Translations under genes and position numbers: made by a program
Source of the DNA: Rhodospirillales bacterium
Lineage (GTDB): Bacteria > Pseudomonadota > Alphaproteobacteria > Rhodospirillales > GLO-3
Assembly: GCA_003354135.1 (NCBI GenBank)
Contig: PIVK01000004.1
Span: 31,187 to 95,186 of the forward strand
Length of the DNA stretch: 64,000 bases
Reading direction: 5' to 3'
In this document: one piece after another, positions 36,180 to 46,334 of the stretch
Numbering within the stretch: the stretch's first letter is position 1
Layout: every line of letters starts with the position of its first letter
The notes under the pieces: model-generated
The model's input: the letters and a program-made list of their open reading frames with translations, nothing else
What the model was told of the DNA's origin: nothing
Database searches by the model: none

Positions 36180-38885
36180 CTAGGACACGTACGATACCTT
36201 CGACGCCGGGGTCCGCGTATCCATGTTGCGGCCGCGGTTCATGTGATCGTCGATCTCACCCGCGCAGCCCGTCATACGACCGAACAGGAAGGCGGTGAAG
36301 GCCGCCGTCTCCAGAGACGCCTCAGAGTAGTCGCCCGAGATGTAGCGCGGCCAGAGCAGCTTCAGCAGCAAAGCGGCGATGACCGCATCGATGTTCACGC
36401 AGAACACGTTCTTGGTCACGCCGGCGTCAAACAGCGCCTGAGCCACGTTCTGATAGAAGTCGTGGAAGATGTTGTACTCATTGCGTTTCTTGAACAACTC
36501 GTCAATAAACACCTCGCGCGGGTCCTTGTTGACCACCTTGCCCTTGAAGACCGGATGGTTGACGCCCGGAATGTTGCGCACACTCTCGCCGGCCACCTTG
36601 CGGGCCTTCTTGTCGTCCCCGAACGCGGTGGCATAGGCCTCCGCCATCTGCTTCAAATCGAGGCCGTGTTTGGGATTGGCCGCATCGTCGAGGCCACGGC
36701 CCTTGAAGTTCTCAATCAGGAACTGGATACCCTCGTAACCGTTGCCTCCGTGGGCAAAGCCGGTATGGGTCAGGAAGCCGACCATGGACTTGTTGATCTG
36801 CACCCGCTCCGGACTTTCTGGACCGTCTGCGGCCACACCGCCCTTGGCGCCCTGGGCCGAGATTGTGCCGACACCATTGGAGATCAGCAGCCCCAAAAGA
36901 ACCTGGAAGGGGAAGAGGATCTCCGGCGTCGGCTTCTCGTTGGCCAAAGCCAGGTACGCCAGTTCGGTCATCGTCCACGACTCCATGATCTGTTTCATGG
37001 GGATGCCGTTGAATTTATCCTTTTTGTGCTCCTTGCCGGGCACCGTAACGCCGATCATCAGGGCGTGGCAGCGGATGTACCAAGGCAAATTGTAGACCGT
37101 AAGGCGCGAGACGCGTTTGCGCATCAGCGGGCTCCAGGCGATGGTCGTGGTGATCGCCGCCAGGACCGCGTCCGCGGTGATGTGGCCTTTGATGCCGTGC
37201 AGAAAGTCGGTGAAGACCGAACTCGCCTTGCGCTTCCTGATCGCATCCAGCATGGCCAGGGCCTTGGGATCGGCTGACTCGCCGGTGAGGGCCGCAAGCT
37301 GCTCCTTGGTCGGCTTGATGACCGGCAGCTTGAACTTGGTGTCCGTGCCGTCCATGAGCCCTAAGTGGGCAAAAAGGTCTATCAGGACGTCGGCCGCTTT
37401 GCGCGCACCATCGACCGCTTTGGGGCCGAGAATGCTGGTGGCCGCCGCTAGGACGCTGTTGGGCGCGTTGCCTGCGGCCCGGGCCGCGTCGGCGGCTGCC
37501 AGCGCGGGATCACCCATCATATTGACGTAGGCGGCGATGGCCGTATTCATCAGCGCGTTGTCGTTGGGGCCGTTGTCCTGTTCCAGCAGCACCATGCAGG
37601 CGTTGGACTCCAGCGGCAGACTGGAAAGATCGAGAATCGAACGGCCGAAGATCTTGGTGACCTGGGTCTTGGCATCCATGATCGAGCAGCCCGAGGAATC
37701 CTTCATGGACTGGCGCGGGTAGCTGGTGCCGACCGACTTGCCAATGGCCGCAATCTGGTCGTCATAAGGCGACAGAGCCTTGACGATGGGCAGGTCCAGC
37801 TCCGTGGGCAGCTTGATCCCCTGGTTGTTGCCGAACCACGGCTTGAGTTCAAGGTTGCCCTCGGGCGGAAAGTCGGGTTCGACTCCATTCAGGGCCATGA
37901 CCTCGGTCAGAGCCGCCGGGATGTGAGAGATGTTGATCACCACCGCGCCTTGGGCCGACACCACCGGGTTGTCGGGAGTGAATATCTCATCCACCCCGAA
38001 CTGGTCCATGCACCACTTCTCCTTGGCCGCAGCGTCGTCGCCCGAACCGGCGATGGCGCCCGCGTGACCCACGGCGCGGGTCAGCTTGGCCTTCCATCGA
38101 CCGACCACGCAGGCGACCGTCGGCTTGGTCAGATTCAAGTCCTGTTCGTAGTACCCGCCGGGTTCGACGTACATCACCGCGCCCTTGGACCGGGCGTCGT
38201 TGGCCAGGCCGTGGGCCCATTCGGCGGGCGCATAGTGGATGTAGACGTCTTTACCGCTGGAGACCAGCGTCGTCGTGCCCCAGCCGGAAAGACCGAGGTA
38301 GTTGGCGATGGTGGTGGTGAAGTTGCCCGAGTTGGAGTAGATCGCAATGCAGCCCTTGCGCAGCGTCTCCTCGGGCTTGTCGCCACCCAGCGCGCCACCG
38401 AAGCGCACATGGTTCCAGGAGTCGGCGATGCCGAGGCAGTTGGCGCCGAAGACGTCGACGTTGCCCTGCTGACCCAGCGCCCGGATTTCGCGCGCATCGT
38501 GCACCGAAACTTTCTCGGTGAGGATTATGACCTTCTCCAGATCCGAATTGACGCGGATCAGCTCGGCCACGCCGTCGCGGACGCCGGCCGGCGGCAGATA
38601 GACGACACCGACGTTGAACCGGTGCCCGGCCTCCATGCCCTCACGCACGTTGTTGTAGACCGGGATGTCACCAACTGCGGTCTCCAGGACCTGGCCGGCG
38701 CGGCCCGGCGAGGTGCCGAAGAGTACGTTGCCACCAGAATAGGCGTGGCTGATCGGAGTCACGGTGCGTGACTCGCCCCCCAGGATGTTGAGGACGCAGA
38801 TGCGGTCCTTGCGGGTCGCGAGTTGCGCCAGCGAATCGACGCCGACGAAGTAGTTGGGGAATGCCTGAATACCCTGCTTTTTCAT
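36180..38885 (-). CDS. aclA: ATP-citrate lyase alpha-like large subunit (succinyl-CoA-synthetase-alpha-like domain fused to a citrate-synthase/citryl-CoA-lyase-like domain), 901 aa
   Basis: Contains the phosphohistidine loop RAVGHAGAIAG, a CoA-ligase alpha-like N-half, and a C-terminal GVNHPVFKGKVVNKDPR (citrate-synthase GHxVxK..DPR-type motif). ATG 38885 is preceded by AGGGAG. Confidence 0.75.
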   Translation of the reverse strand: MKKQGIQAFPNYFVGVDSLAQLATRKDRICVLNILGGESRTVTPISHAYSGGNVLFGTSPGRAGQVLETAVGDIPVYNNVREGMEAGHRFNVGVVYLPPAGVRDGVAELIRVNSDLEKVIILTEKVSVHDAREIRALGQQGNVDVFGANCLGIADSWNHVRFGGALGGDKPEETLRKGCIAIYSNSGNFTTTIANYLGLSGWGTTTLVSSGKDVYIHYAPAEWAHGLANDARSKGAVMYVEPGGYYEQDLNLTKPTVACVVGRWKAKLTRAVGHAGAIAGSGDDAAAKEKWCMDQFGVDEIFTPDNPVVSAQGAVVINISHIPAALTEVMALNGVEPDFPPEGNLELKPWFGNNQGIKLPTELDLPIVKALSPYDDQIAAIGKSVGTSYPRQSMKDSSGCSIMDAKTQVTKIFGRSILDLSSLPLESNACMVLLEQDNGPNDNALMNTAIAAYVNMMGDPALAAADAARAAGNAPNSVLAAATSILGPKAVDGARKAADVLIDLFAHLGLMDGTDTKFKLPVIKPTKEQLAALTGESADPKALAMLDAIRKRKASSVFTDFLHGIKGHITADAVLAAITTTIAWSPLMRKRVSRLTVYNLPWYIRCHALMIGVTVPGKEHKKDKFNGIPMKQIMESWTMTELAYLALANEKPTPEILFPFQVLLGLLISNGVGTISAQGAKGGVAADGPESPERVQINKSMVGFLTHTGFAHGGNGYEGIQFLIENFKGRGLDDAANPKHGLDLKQMAEAYATAFGDDKKARKVAGESVRNIPGVNHPVFKGKVVNKDPREVFIDELFKKRNEYNIFHDFYQNVAQALFDAGVTKNVFCVNIDAVIAALLLKLLWPRYISGDYSEASLETAAFTAFLFGRMTGCAGEIDDHMNRGRNMDTRTPASKVSYVS

Positions 38886-38913
38886 CTCTGATATCTCCCT
38901 GTCCGCCGGTCGC

Positions 38914-40224
38914 TTACTTCTTGGCCTTGCGGGGCTTGACCCGCGCATCGTCCGCCGGAATGCCGAGCAGCTTGCCGACTTCCACGCGTCCGCCGTTCTC
39001 CATCCACTCGTCGGCCTTCTGGGCGTAGTGGACCACGTCCGTCATCGCCGAGTCGAAGCCGAAGATGCGATAGGGAAGACGGAGCGCATCCAGGGTGTCC
39101 TTGAAATAACCCATACCGCGGATCACCTGCGGTCCACCGCGACCGATAACGACATAAAGCGGGGCCGGGCCGTGTTCCGAAAAGTGTTCTCGAAGTGAAT
39201 CCGCAATGGCGCGGAAGGTAATGTAGATGTCCGTGTTGTTGGCCTTGCCGCCGATCAGGAACAGCACGTTGGACTGGGCCAGCCAGTACTTGAGGCAGAT
39301 CCGCGACACCTCGCGCATCTTGGCATACGGCGGGTTGCCGCCGAAGTCCGACGAGATGATGGCGTCGTCGCCCAGGCCTTCAGAGACCAAAGAGTTGGCG
39401 CCGCCGCCGAAGGTCGGGGCGAGGATGGTGCCCTTCTCGTTGATGACGTAGACGTCGCTCTGACCCTGGTAGGTCCGGAGTTGGTTGATCTCCTGTTCGA
39501 AGTCCGAGTGGTCGGCGGCGAACAGATCGTCCGGCAGGTTGGCACGTGCGACGCGTGGATCGTCTCGGTCAAAGCCGCACTTGAAGTCACAAGCGACCGG
39601 CGAAAGATAACCGGGCCGGCTCACCGTCATACGGATCGGGTTCAGCTCCAGCGTCGTCATGCCATAAAGGTGGAACAGGTCCCACAGCTTGGGCAGCTGC
39701 TGCACCAACGGCGAGACAATCTCCTTCGGGGCGCCCAAGTCGGACAGCGCGTTGGCGATGACGAAGGACTTGAGACCGGTCAGGGGATCGAAGGGGATCT
39801 CGACGATCTTACCCTTCGGCAGTTCCTCGATGTCCGTGCCGCCGTGATGGGTCAGCGTGATGGCCGGTGCCCGGTAGCGCGTCGAGTCCGAGATCGAGAA
39901 GTAGACCTCGTAGTCGGCCGGCACGCCGCCTTCGAAAGTGACACCGTTGGCTTTGGCTGTGGCGTTGCCATGCTTGTGCTCGACGAAATAGAGTCGCTCT
40001 TTTTCCGCCAGCGCGGTCCGCATGTCCTTGGCGCGGCCAAGCAAACCTGCCTTGCCTTTCTTGCCGACGCCGCCTTTGAAGATAGGCTTGACGAAAACCT
40101 CGCCGCAGCGCTCGATCAGTTCCTTAATCTCGGCGTCACTCGCCTCGGACCCCAACACTTCTGCAGAGGGGAACCCCACCTGCTTCAAAAGCTTGGAACC
40201 ATAGAGCATTCCGGTTACTTGCAT
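38914..40224 (-). CDS. aclB: ATP-citrate lyase beta-like subunit (ATP-grasp, succinyl-CoA-synthetase-beta-like)
   Basis: 436 aa with an ATP-grasp-like N-half (VFVKPIFKGGVGKKGKAGL). ATG 40224 is preceded by AAGGGGGAG. It lies immediately upstream of the alpha-like subunit. Confidence 0.7.
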   Translation of the reverse strand: MQVTGMLYGSKLLKQVGFPSAEVLGSEASDAEIKELIERCGEVFVKPIFKGGVGKKGKAGLLGRAKDMRTALAEKERLYFVEHKHGNATAKANGVTFEGGVPADYEVYFSISDSTRYRAPAITLTHHGGTDIEELPKGKIVEIPFDPLTGLKSFVIANALSDLGAPKEIVSPLVQQLPKLWDLFHLYGMTTLELNPIRMTVSRPGYLSPVACDFKCGFDRDDPRVARANLPDDLFAADHSDFEQEINQLRTYQGQSDVYVINEKGTILAPTFGGGANSLVSEGLGDDAIISSDFGGNPPYAKMREVSRICLKYWLAQSNVLFLIGGKANNTDIYITFRAIADSLREHFSEHGPAPLYVVIGRGGPQVIRGMGYFKDTLDALRLPYRIFGFDSAMTDVVHYAQKADEWMENGGRVEVGKLLGIPADDARVKPRKAKK

Positions 40225-40395
40225 TTCTACTCCCCCTTGGCCTCTCCCGACGTTCAGCCTGCTGGAAAGACGCCGACCACAGACAGCCGGCATTCAGGTC
40301 AATAAAAGCGGTTATCCTTCCCGATTTCCCCGGATCGTAATATGAGAAAAGGCTAAGATACAGACTTTTCTCCAGGGAATTTCGGCATGGTCGCC

Positions 40396-41220
40396 TTAGT
40401 ACTCCTGCGGCAATTCCTTAAGATCCGCCCACGAATAAACGGGCCCCTTGGTGCAGACATAGTCCTTGCCCACATTGCAGCGGCCGCATTTGCCGATGCC
40501 ACACTTCATCTTATTTTCGATGGTGGTGTAGATCTGCGTGTCCTCGAAGCCCGCCCCTTTCAGGTTCTGGATCACGAACTTGATCATGATCGGCGGGCCG
40601 CAGGTGATGGCGATGGCGTTTTTGGGCGACGGGCTCTTGTCCATAACATTGGTGGGCACAAAGCCGCAGAACTCGTTCCAACCCTCCTCCTCGCTGTCGA
40701 TCGAAAGGTGCACCTCCGCATCACCGCGTAGCTTCTCCAGCTCCTTGGCATACATGATATCGCGGGATGAACGGCCACCGTAGAAGACGGTGATGTCCTT
40801 GAAATCCTTACGTTGCAACACCGCAGTCTGGATAATAGGCCAGATCGGGGCCAGGCCGCAGCCGCCGCCGATGAAGATCAGGTTCTTGCCCTTCCAGTCT
40901 TCGACCGGGAAGTTGTTGCCATAAGGACCACGGACGCCGATGACATCGCCTATTTCCATATCATGGATGGCCGTCGTCACGCGGCCCACCCGCATAATGC
41001 TGAATTGCTTGTATTCCTTGATCAGCGGCGAGGAGGCGATGGAAATCATCGACTCGCCTTTTCCGAATACCGACAGCATGGCGCACTGGCCGCACTCGTG
41101 GTCGAAACCGTCACCGTTGACGAATTCGACACGGAAGGTCTTGATCGCGCGGGCACCCTCGACCTCGGAGTTGACGTCGATGATACGCCCCATCTTCGGA
41201 AGATAAATATTATCCGACAT
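40396..41220 (-). CDS. FAD/NAD(P)-binding oxidoreductase with C-terminal [2Fe-2S] (sulfhydrogenase gamma / AsrB / FlxA-like)
   Basis: A ferredoxin-reductase-type fold (FIGGGCGLAPIWPI) and the C-terminal CGIGKCGRCNVG cluster motif. Confidence 0.75.
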   Translation of the reverse strand: MSDNIYLPKMGRIIDVNSEVEGARAIKTFRVEFVNGDGFDHECGQCAMLSVFGKGESMISIASSPLIKEYKQFSIMRVGRVTTAIHDMEIGDVIGVRGPYGNNFPVEDWKGKNLIFIGGGCGLAPIWPIIQTAVLQRKDFKDITVFYGGRSSRDIMYAKELEKLRGDAEVHLSIDSEEEGWNEFCGFVPTNVMDKSPSPKNAIAITCGPPIMIKFVIQNLKGAGFEDTQIYTTIENKMKCGIGKCGRCNVGKDYVCTKGPVYSWADLKELPQEY

Positions 41221-42253
41221 CGTGAGCCACCTTGTTCACGACCGCGACGATGTCGATGCCCACCGGGCATTCGCTGATACACCGGCCACAGCCGACACAC
41301 TGATACGTATCGTGGTTTTGGACAAAATAGAGGAACTTGTGACAGACCCGCTGTCTCAGCCGCGCCCCCAGCGTGTTGCGTGGGTTGTGACCCGACGAGT
41401 GCATGGTGAAGTCCGGGAACTGGCAGTTGTCCCAGGTGCGGACCCGCTGTCCTCGTAGCGGGGTTACGTTGGTCACTTCGTCGTTGATGTCGAAGCAGTG
41501 GCACGTCGGACACAGGAAGGTGCAGATGCCGCAGCCGATGCAGGCCTGCGCCATTTCACCCCAGACCTCGGAATCGAAGTTTTTTTGCAGATTCTCGGGG
41601 ACCGTCTTGATGTCGACAATCTCGCGCATTGGGGCCTTTTCGGCGTCGGCCTTGGCCTTGGCGGCCGTTTTCTTGTCGGCCGCCGAAGCGTTACCCAACG
41701 CCTTGCCGCCGGCCTTGACGATCTCCTCGCCGACCTTGGTCAGCGCTTTGACGAGATAGCTGTCACCGAGATCGACCATCAGGACGTCGAGACCGTCCTC
41801 GGAGTGCGGCGACCCGCCGACGGCGGTGCAGAAGCAGTTGCGCGACGGCGGCGTGTTGCAGGCGAGGCCCACCTGGGCCACCTTCTTGCGCCGCATCCAG
41901 TAATAGATGTCGTCGAATTCCTTGCTGAAGACCGTGTCGTTACGCGGACCTGCTCGTCCGTCACACGGCCGAACACCGAACACCACCTTGGGCGCCGCCA
42001 GGGCGGGCAGGGTCTCGGTCACCATCGGCGCCTCGCCCTTCTTCTGTGCAAACTCGCAGTAGACCTCGCGCTGCGGGAATGAAAAATCCTTGGGCGGCTT
42101 GACCGTATTGGTGTGGTCCAAAGCCGCGTCTTCGGGCTTTTCGACCTGCTTGAAATTCCACACCTCGTCCTCAAAAGCGGGCGCGTGGACTTCATACGAC
42201 GAGAGTGCGATCACCCAGTCGCGCAGGTTGTCTTTTTTCAGTACCTTTTCCAT
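41210..42253 (-). CDS. 4Fe-4S dicluster protein (sulfhydrogenase beta / AsrA / FlxB-like)
   Basis: Contains CIGCGICTFLCPTCHCFD and CVGCGRCISECPVG. It overlaps the downstream flavoprotein gene by 11 nt. Confidence 0.7.
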   Translation of the reverse strand: MEKVLKKDNLRDWVIALSSYEVHAPAFEDEVWNFKQVEKPEDAALDHTNTVKPPKDFSFPQREVYCEFAQKKGEAPMVTETLPALAAPKVVFGVRPCDGRAGPRNDTVFSKEFDDIYYWMRRKKVAQVGLACNTPPSRNCFCTAVGGSPHSEDGLDVLMVDLGDSYLVKALTKVGEEIVKAGGKALGNASAADKKTAAKAKADAEKAPMREIVDIKTVPENLQKNFDSEVWGEMAQACIGCGICTFLCPTCHCFDINDEVTNVTPLRGQRVRTWDNCQFPDFTMHSSGHNPRNTLGARLRQRVCHKFLYFVQNHDTYQCVGCGRCISECPVGIDIVAVVNKVAHDVG

Positions 42254-42257
42254 GGGG

Positions 42258-43319
42258 CTACCTGATGAAATCGTTGGGATCGTCGTCGCGGAACGAGGAC
42301 ACGAAAGAAGGCTGCCCGGGATCCATGCCGACGTCGTAGCCGAAGGTATCCTTGGCCTCGAAGTCGAGGACGCTGTTGAGCAGACGGACCGGAATGTTCA
42401 CCGGACACACCCGTTCGCATTCGCCGCAATCGACGCAGCGCCCGGCCAGGTGCATGGCGCGAACCAAGTGATAGCCGATGTTCTCCGACGTGGTGGCGGA
42501 GCGCTCGATCCACTTGATGCGGTTCGCCTTCTCTTCCGCAGAAGTGTCCTGGAGGACGTGCATGTTGATGCTGTCGACGACACACTCCTCGCAATAACAC
42601 ATGGGGCAGACCGAGCGGCAGGCGAAGCAACGAATGCAGCGATCAAAATGATGTCCCCAGAACTTCCACTTGTCGGCCGTCGAGCCTTCGTCGACCGTCT
42701 TGATGGCGGCGAAGGCATCGGCAAGGCCGCGATCCTCGACCGCCTCGCCGAATTCGTCGTCGAAAATGACGGGGTGAGGATGGCGGCACTCGAGGCACCG
42801 ATCGGCCATCACGTCCTTGGCGGCGACCTTCACGGTCTCGCCCGAGGTGGTGGTGACCTTGTAGCCGTTGCCGTCGAATTCCGTCTTCTCCGCCTGCAGG
42901 CCCTTGAGCTTCTTGGCCAACTTGTAGCGGTCCACCATGCCGGTTCCCTCGCAAGACACGCCCAACACGTGGATGTCGTCGCGAGGGAAGTAGTTCTCCT
43001 GAAGCAGCACGTTGACGGCACGCGTGTCACATCCCTTGGCAACGATAGCCAAGCGCTTGGACTTGTCTTCGCCCCCGGGAGCCGCTCCGTGGCCGTGCGC
43101 GGCCTTGGTTTGGCGCTTGCGCTCCTCCACCAGATAGAGGGCCAGGTTATGCACGCAGGTGGGGTCCCAGATCAAACCGTCCGCCTGATCCGCCTCGGTA
43201 ATAAATTTTGGGGACGCCAGATTGCCGGCCGTGCTCTCGATGAAGCCGACCACCGCCCCGACTTCGCCGTTCTCCAGCAGGGCTTTCGCCCGGTCCTTGA
43301 TGTCTTGAAGGTTGACCAT
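42258..43319 (-). CDS. Fe-S cluster protein associated with Hdr/Mvh-type complexes (FlxC-like)
   Basis: Contains CIRCFACRSVCPMCYCEEC and CVDCGECERVCPVNI. Its start shares one nucleotide with the MvhD stop (TGATG). Confidence 0.65.
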   Translation of the reverse strand: MVNLQDIKDRAKALLENGEVGAVVGFIESTAGNLASPKFITEADQADGLIWDPTCVHNLALYLVEERKRQTKAAHGHGAAPGGEDKSKRLAIVAKGCDTRAVNVLLQENYFPRDDIHVLGVSCEGTGMVDRYKLAKKLKGLQAEKTEFDGNGYKVTTTSGETVKVAAKDVMADRCLECRHPHPVIFDDEFGEAVEDRGLADAFAAIKTVDEGSTADKWKFWGHHFDRCIRCFACRSVCPMCYCEECVVDSINMHVLQDTSAEEKANRIKWIERSATTSENIGYHLVRAMHLAGRCVDCGECERVCPVNIPVRLLNSVLDFEAKDTFGYDVGMDPGQPSFVSSFRDDDPNDFIR

Positions 43320-43741
43320 CAGCGCTTCGCCTTCATCTTCTCTTGGGGGCCCAGATGCTTGAGATCCTCGACAAATCCCTCGATGACCTGGGCGTACTTG
43401 CCGCCTTCCGCCGCCGAAACCCAGGACATGCGGAACCGCTCCTCCTCCAGACCGATGAATTCAAGGAGCTTCTTGACCATGAAAATCTTACGCCGGGCGA
43501 AATAGTTGCCCTTCATGTAGTGGCAGTCGCCCGGGTGGCAGCCGGAGACCAGCACGCCGTCGGCACCCTTGTTGAAAGCCGACAGGATATAGGTCGGAGA
43601 CACCGAACCCGAACACATGACCTGGATCGGCACGGCATTCGACGGGTACTGCACACGGGATACGCCCGCAAGGTCGCTTCCGGCAGAGGAACACCACTTG
43701 CACAGGAAGGCAACGATCTTGGGCTCAAAGTCTTTGGACAT
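43319..43741 (-). CDS. MvhD/FlpD-type [2Fe-2S] electron-transfer subunit (FlxD-like)
   Basis: Contains KIVAFLCKWCSSAGSDLAG and VSGCHPGDCHY, the characteristic MvhD Cys pattern. I preferred ATG 43741 over TTG 43756. Confidence 0.8.
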   Translation of the reverse strand: MSKDFEPKIVAFLCKWCSSAGSDLAGVSRVQYPSNAVPIQVMCSGSVSPTYILSAFNKGADGVLVSGCHPGDCHYMKGNYFARRKIFMVKKLLEFIGLEEERFRMSWVSAAEGGKYAQVIEGFVEDLKHLGPQEKMKAKR

Positions 43742-43780
43742 GGGGGCGGACTCCAACCACTTTATCCGTTTCTCTTCACG

Positions 43781-45730
43781 CTACATTCCCAGGGCGGCCG
43801 AGATCATCTCGTTGACCTGGAGGGCCGTGATATTCCTCACATCGATGGCTTGACGCACGCAGGTCGCGGAACAGGTGCCGCACCCTTCGCACAGGACGTC
43901 GTTGACCCAAGCCTTGCCGTTCTTGAGGGAGATTGCCTCGTAGGGGCAAGCGTCGACGCACATCTCGCAACCGGTACAATGCGAATCCCGCACCTCGGCA
44001 ATCGCGGGGCTGTGCATCAGTTCGTCGGACGACAACAGTGAAATCACCTTGGCGGCAGCCGCGCTGGCCTGGGATACCGTTTCGGGAATGTCCTTCGGCC
44101 CCTGGGCGGCGCCGGCGAGGAACACGCCTGCGGTGACGCTTTCCACAGGCTTCAGCTTGGGGTGGGATTCGGCAAGGAACCCATCCTTGTCGAGGCCGAT
44201 CTTCAGAGTCTTGGCGACTTCGCGGGTGCCGTCCGAAGACTGCATGGCAAGCGCCAGAACCACCATATCGGCGTCGATCTGGATATTCTGGCCCGAAAGC
44301 GTATCAACGCCCTGCACGACTATCTTGCCGTCCTTCTCGTAGACCTTGGACACACGGCCGCGGAGATACATTGCCCCGTCGCCTTCCATGGCCCGCTGCA
44401 CGAACTCTTCGTAGCCCTTCCCGCCCGAGCGGATGTCGATATAGAAGATGTACGCTTGGCCGTCGGGCACATGGTGCTTGTAGAGCATGGCGTGCTTGGC
44501 CGTGTACATGCAGCAGATCTTGGAACACCAGGCGCAGTGTTGCTCGGGATTTCGCGAGCCGGCGCACTGGATGAAAACCACCGATTTCGGCGTTTTGCTG
44601 TCCGACGGGCGCAGCACGTGGCCCTCGGTCGGACCGGAGGCCGAGCACATGCGCTCGAACTGCAGGCCATCTAGGACGTCAAGGTATTTGCCGGCACCGT
44701 ATTCGCCCAGGTTCCCCTGGTCGTAAAGCTTGAAACCGGTGGCAACCACGATGGCGCCGATCTCCTCGTCGAAGATCTTGCCCTTCATGTCGTAGTTGAT
44801 GGCGCCGGCGTCGCAGACGTCCTTGCACTTGCCGCAGGCGATGGGGTTGAGACCCAGACAAGCCTCCTCGTCCAACGTGTAGGTGGCCGGAATGGCCTGG
44901 GCGAAGGGGATATGGATCGCGCGCCGGGCGCTGATGTTGATGTCGTACTCGTTGGGCACCACGACCGGGCAGACCTGGGTGCAGTCGTCGCACAACTTGC
45001 AGGTCTCGGGGTCGACATAGGGCGCTTTCTTCGTGATGGTCGCCTTGAAGTTGCCGACGAAGCCCGACAACTTGGTCACCTTGGCGTTGACGTGGAGCTC
45101 GATATTGGGATTGTTGGACAGTTCCACCATCTTCGGCGACAGGATGCACTGCGAACAGTCGAGTGTCGGGAAGGTCTCCGACAGCTTGATCATATTGCCG
45201 CCGACCGTGCGGTCCTTTTCCACCAGCACCACCTTAAACCCGGAGGCCGCCAGGTCGAGCGATGTCTGGATGCCGGCGATCCCGCCGCCGATGACCATCA
45301 CCTTACGGTTGACCGGAACGCCGATCGGGGTCAGAGAGTCGTTCTTCGATACCCGGCGGATGGCGCTCTTGGTGATCTTCATGGCCTTCGCCGTGGCCTC
45401 GTCCATATTTTTATGGACCCAGCTGCACTGCTCGCGGATGTTGGCGATCTCGCACTGGAACTGGTTCATGTCGGCACGTTCGGAGACGGTACGGAATGTC
45501 TTCTCGTGCAGGTTCGGCGAACAGCACGACACGATGACACTATCCAGCTTGTTGTCCCGGATCGCCTCGATCATAGTGTTCTGACCGGGGTCGGAACACA
45601 TGTAAACGTAGTCCTCGGAGAAGACGACGGCCTCCTCCTCGGCTAATTCTTCGGCCATCTTTTTCACGTCGACAGTGCCGGCAATATTCTTGCCGCAATG
45701 GCAGACGAAGACACCTACACGTTTCGTCAT
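43781..45730 (-). CDS. hdrA: HdrA-like heterodisulfide reductase subunit A family flavo-Fe-S protein
   Basis: Contains the N-terminal VFVCHCGKNI, the FAD site VIGGGIAGIQTSLDLA, and multiple ferredoxin motifs (CKLCDDCTQVCP, CTGCEMCVDACP, CEGCGTCSATC). GAGGTG lies 5 nt upstream of the ATG. Confidence 0.85.
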   Translation of the reverse strand: MTKRVGVFVCHCGKNIAGTVDVKKMAEELAEEEAVVFSEDYVYMCSDPGQNTMIEAIRDNKLDSVIVSCCSPNLHEKTFRTVSERADMNQFQCEIANIREQCSWVHKNMDEATAKAMKITKSAIRRVSKNDSLTPIGVPVNRKVMVIGGGIAGIQTSLDLAASGFKVVLVEKDRTVGGNMIKLSETFPTLDCSQCILSPKMVELSNNPNIELHVNAKVTKLSGFVGNFKATITKKAPYVDPETCKLCDDCTQVCPVVVPNEYDINISARRAIHIPFAQAIPATYTLDEEACLGLNPIACGKCKDVCDAGAINYDMKGKIFDEEIGAIVVATGFKLYDQGNLGEYGAGKYLDVLDGLQFERMCSASGPTEGHVLRPSDSKTPKSVVFIQCAGSRNPEQHCAWCSKICCMYTAKHAMLYKHHVPDGQAYIFYIDIRSGGKGYEEFVQRAMEGDGAMYLRGRVSKVYEKDGKIVVQGVDTLSGQNIQIDADMVVLALAMQSSDGTREVAKTLKIGLDKDGFLAESHPKLKPVESVTAGVFLAGAAQGPKDIPETVSQASAAAAKVISLLSSDELMHSPAIAEVRDSHCTGCEMCVDACPYEAISLKNGKAWVNDVLCEGCGTCSATCVRQAIDVRNITALQVNEMISAALGM

Positions 45731-45776
45731 CGAGTCACCTCACGCTTATCCTTGGTGCAATCCAACTCACAGGGCC

Positions 45777-46334
45777 TTAAGCGGCCTGCTTGCCGAATGC
45801 CTCCAAGCCGTAATCGTGGCCCTTCTCGAAGGCCTTGATGTTGATCTTCAGGAACCGATCTGGCACCAGACCGGGCAAAGCCTTTTTCATAGCCTCGGCC
45901 GACACGATGTCGGTCACGGCCGTGAAGAAGCCCAGCGTCACCAAGTTGGTGAACAACCGGTTGCCCAGTTCCTCGGCGAAACGGGTCGCGGGCACCGGGC
46001 ACATGTTGTGCTTCGGGTTGACCTCGATCGGTTTCACCAGGTCCTCGTCGATAATAAGGATGCCCCCGTCACCGAGTTCCAGCGAGTACTTGTCGTAGGC
46101 CTCCTGCGAAAGGGCAACCAAGATACCGGGAAGAATGGCGTAGGGATAAAGCACCTTCTCGTCGGAAACCACGAGCTGCGACGAACAGGCACTGCCACGC
46201 GCCTCGGGGCCGAAGCTCTGGGTCATGGTCGCATACATATTGTCGTACAGCGACAAGGCCTTGCCGGTGATCAGCGCACAGCGGACGATCCCCTGGCCGC
46301 CGAACCCGGAGAACTTGATCTCGGCGCCACTCAT
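45777..46334 (-). CDS. 2-oxoacid:ferredoxin oxidoreductase gamma subunit
   Basis: The N-terminus IKFSGFGGQGIV is typical of gamma subunits. ATGA overlap with the beta subunit's stop. Confidence 0.85.
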   Translation of the reverse strand: MSGAEIKFSGFGGQGIVRCALITGKALSLYDNMYATMTQSFGPEARGSACSSQLVVSDEKVLYPYAILPGILVALSQEAYDKYSLELGDGGILIIDEDLVKPIEVNPKHNMCPVPATRFAEELGNRLFTNLVTLGFFTAVTDIVSAEAMKKALPGLVPDRFLKINIKAFEKGHDYGLEAFGKQAA

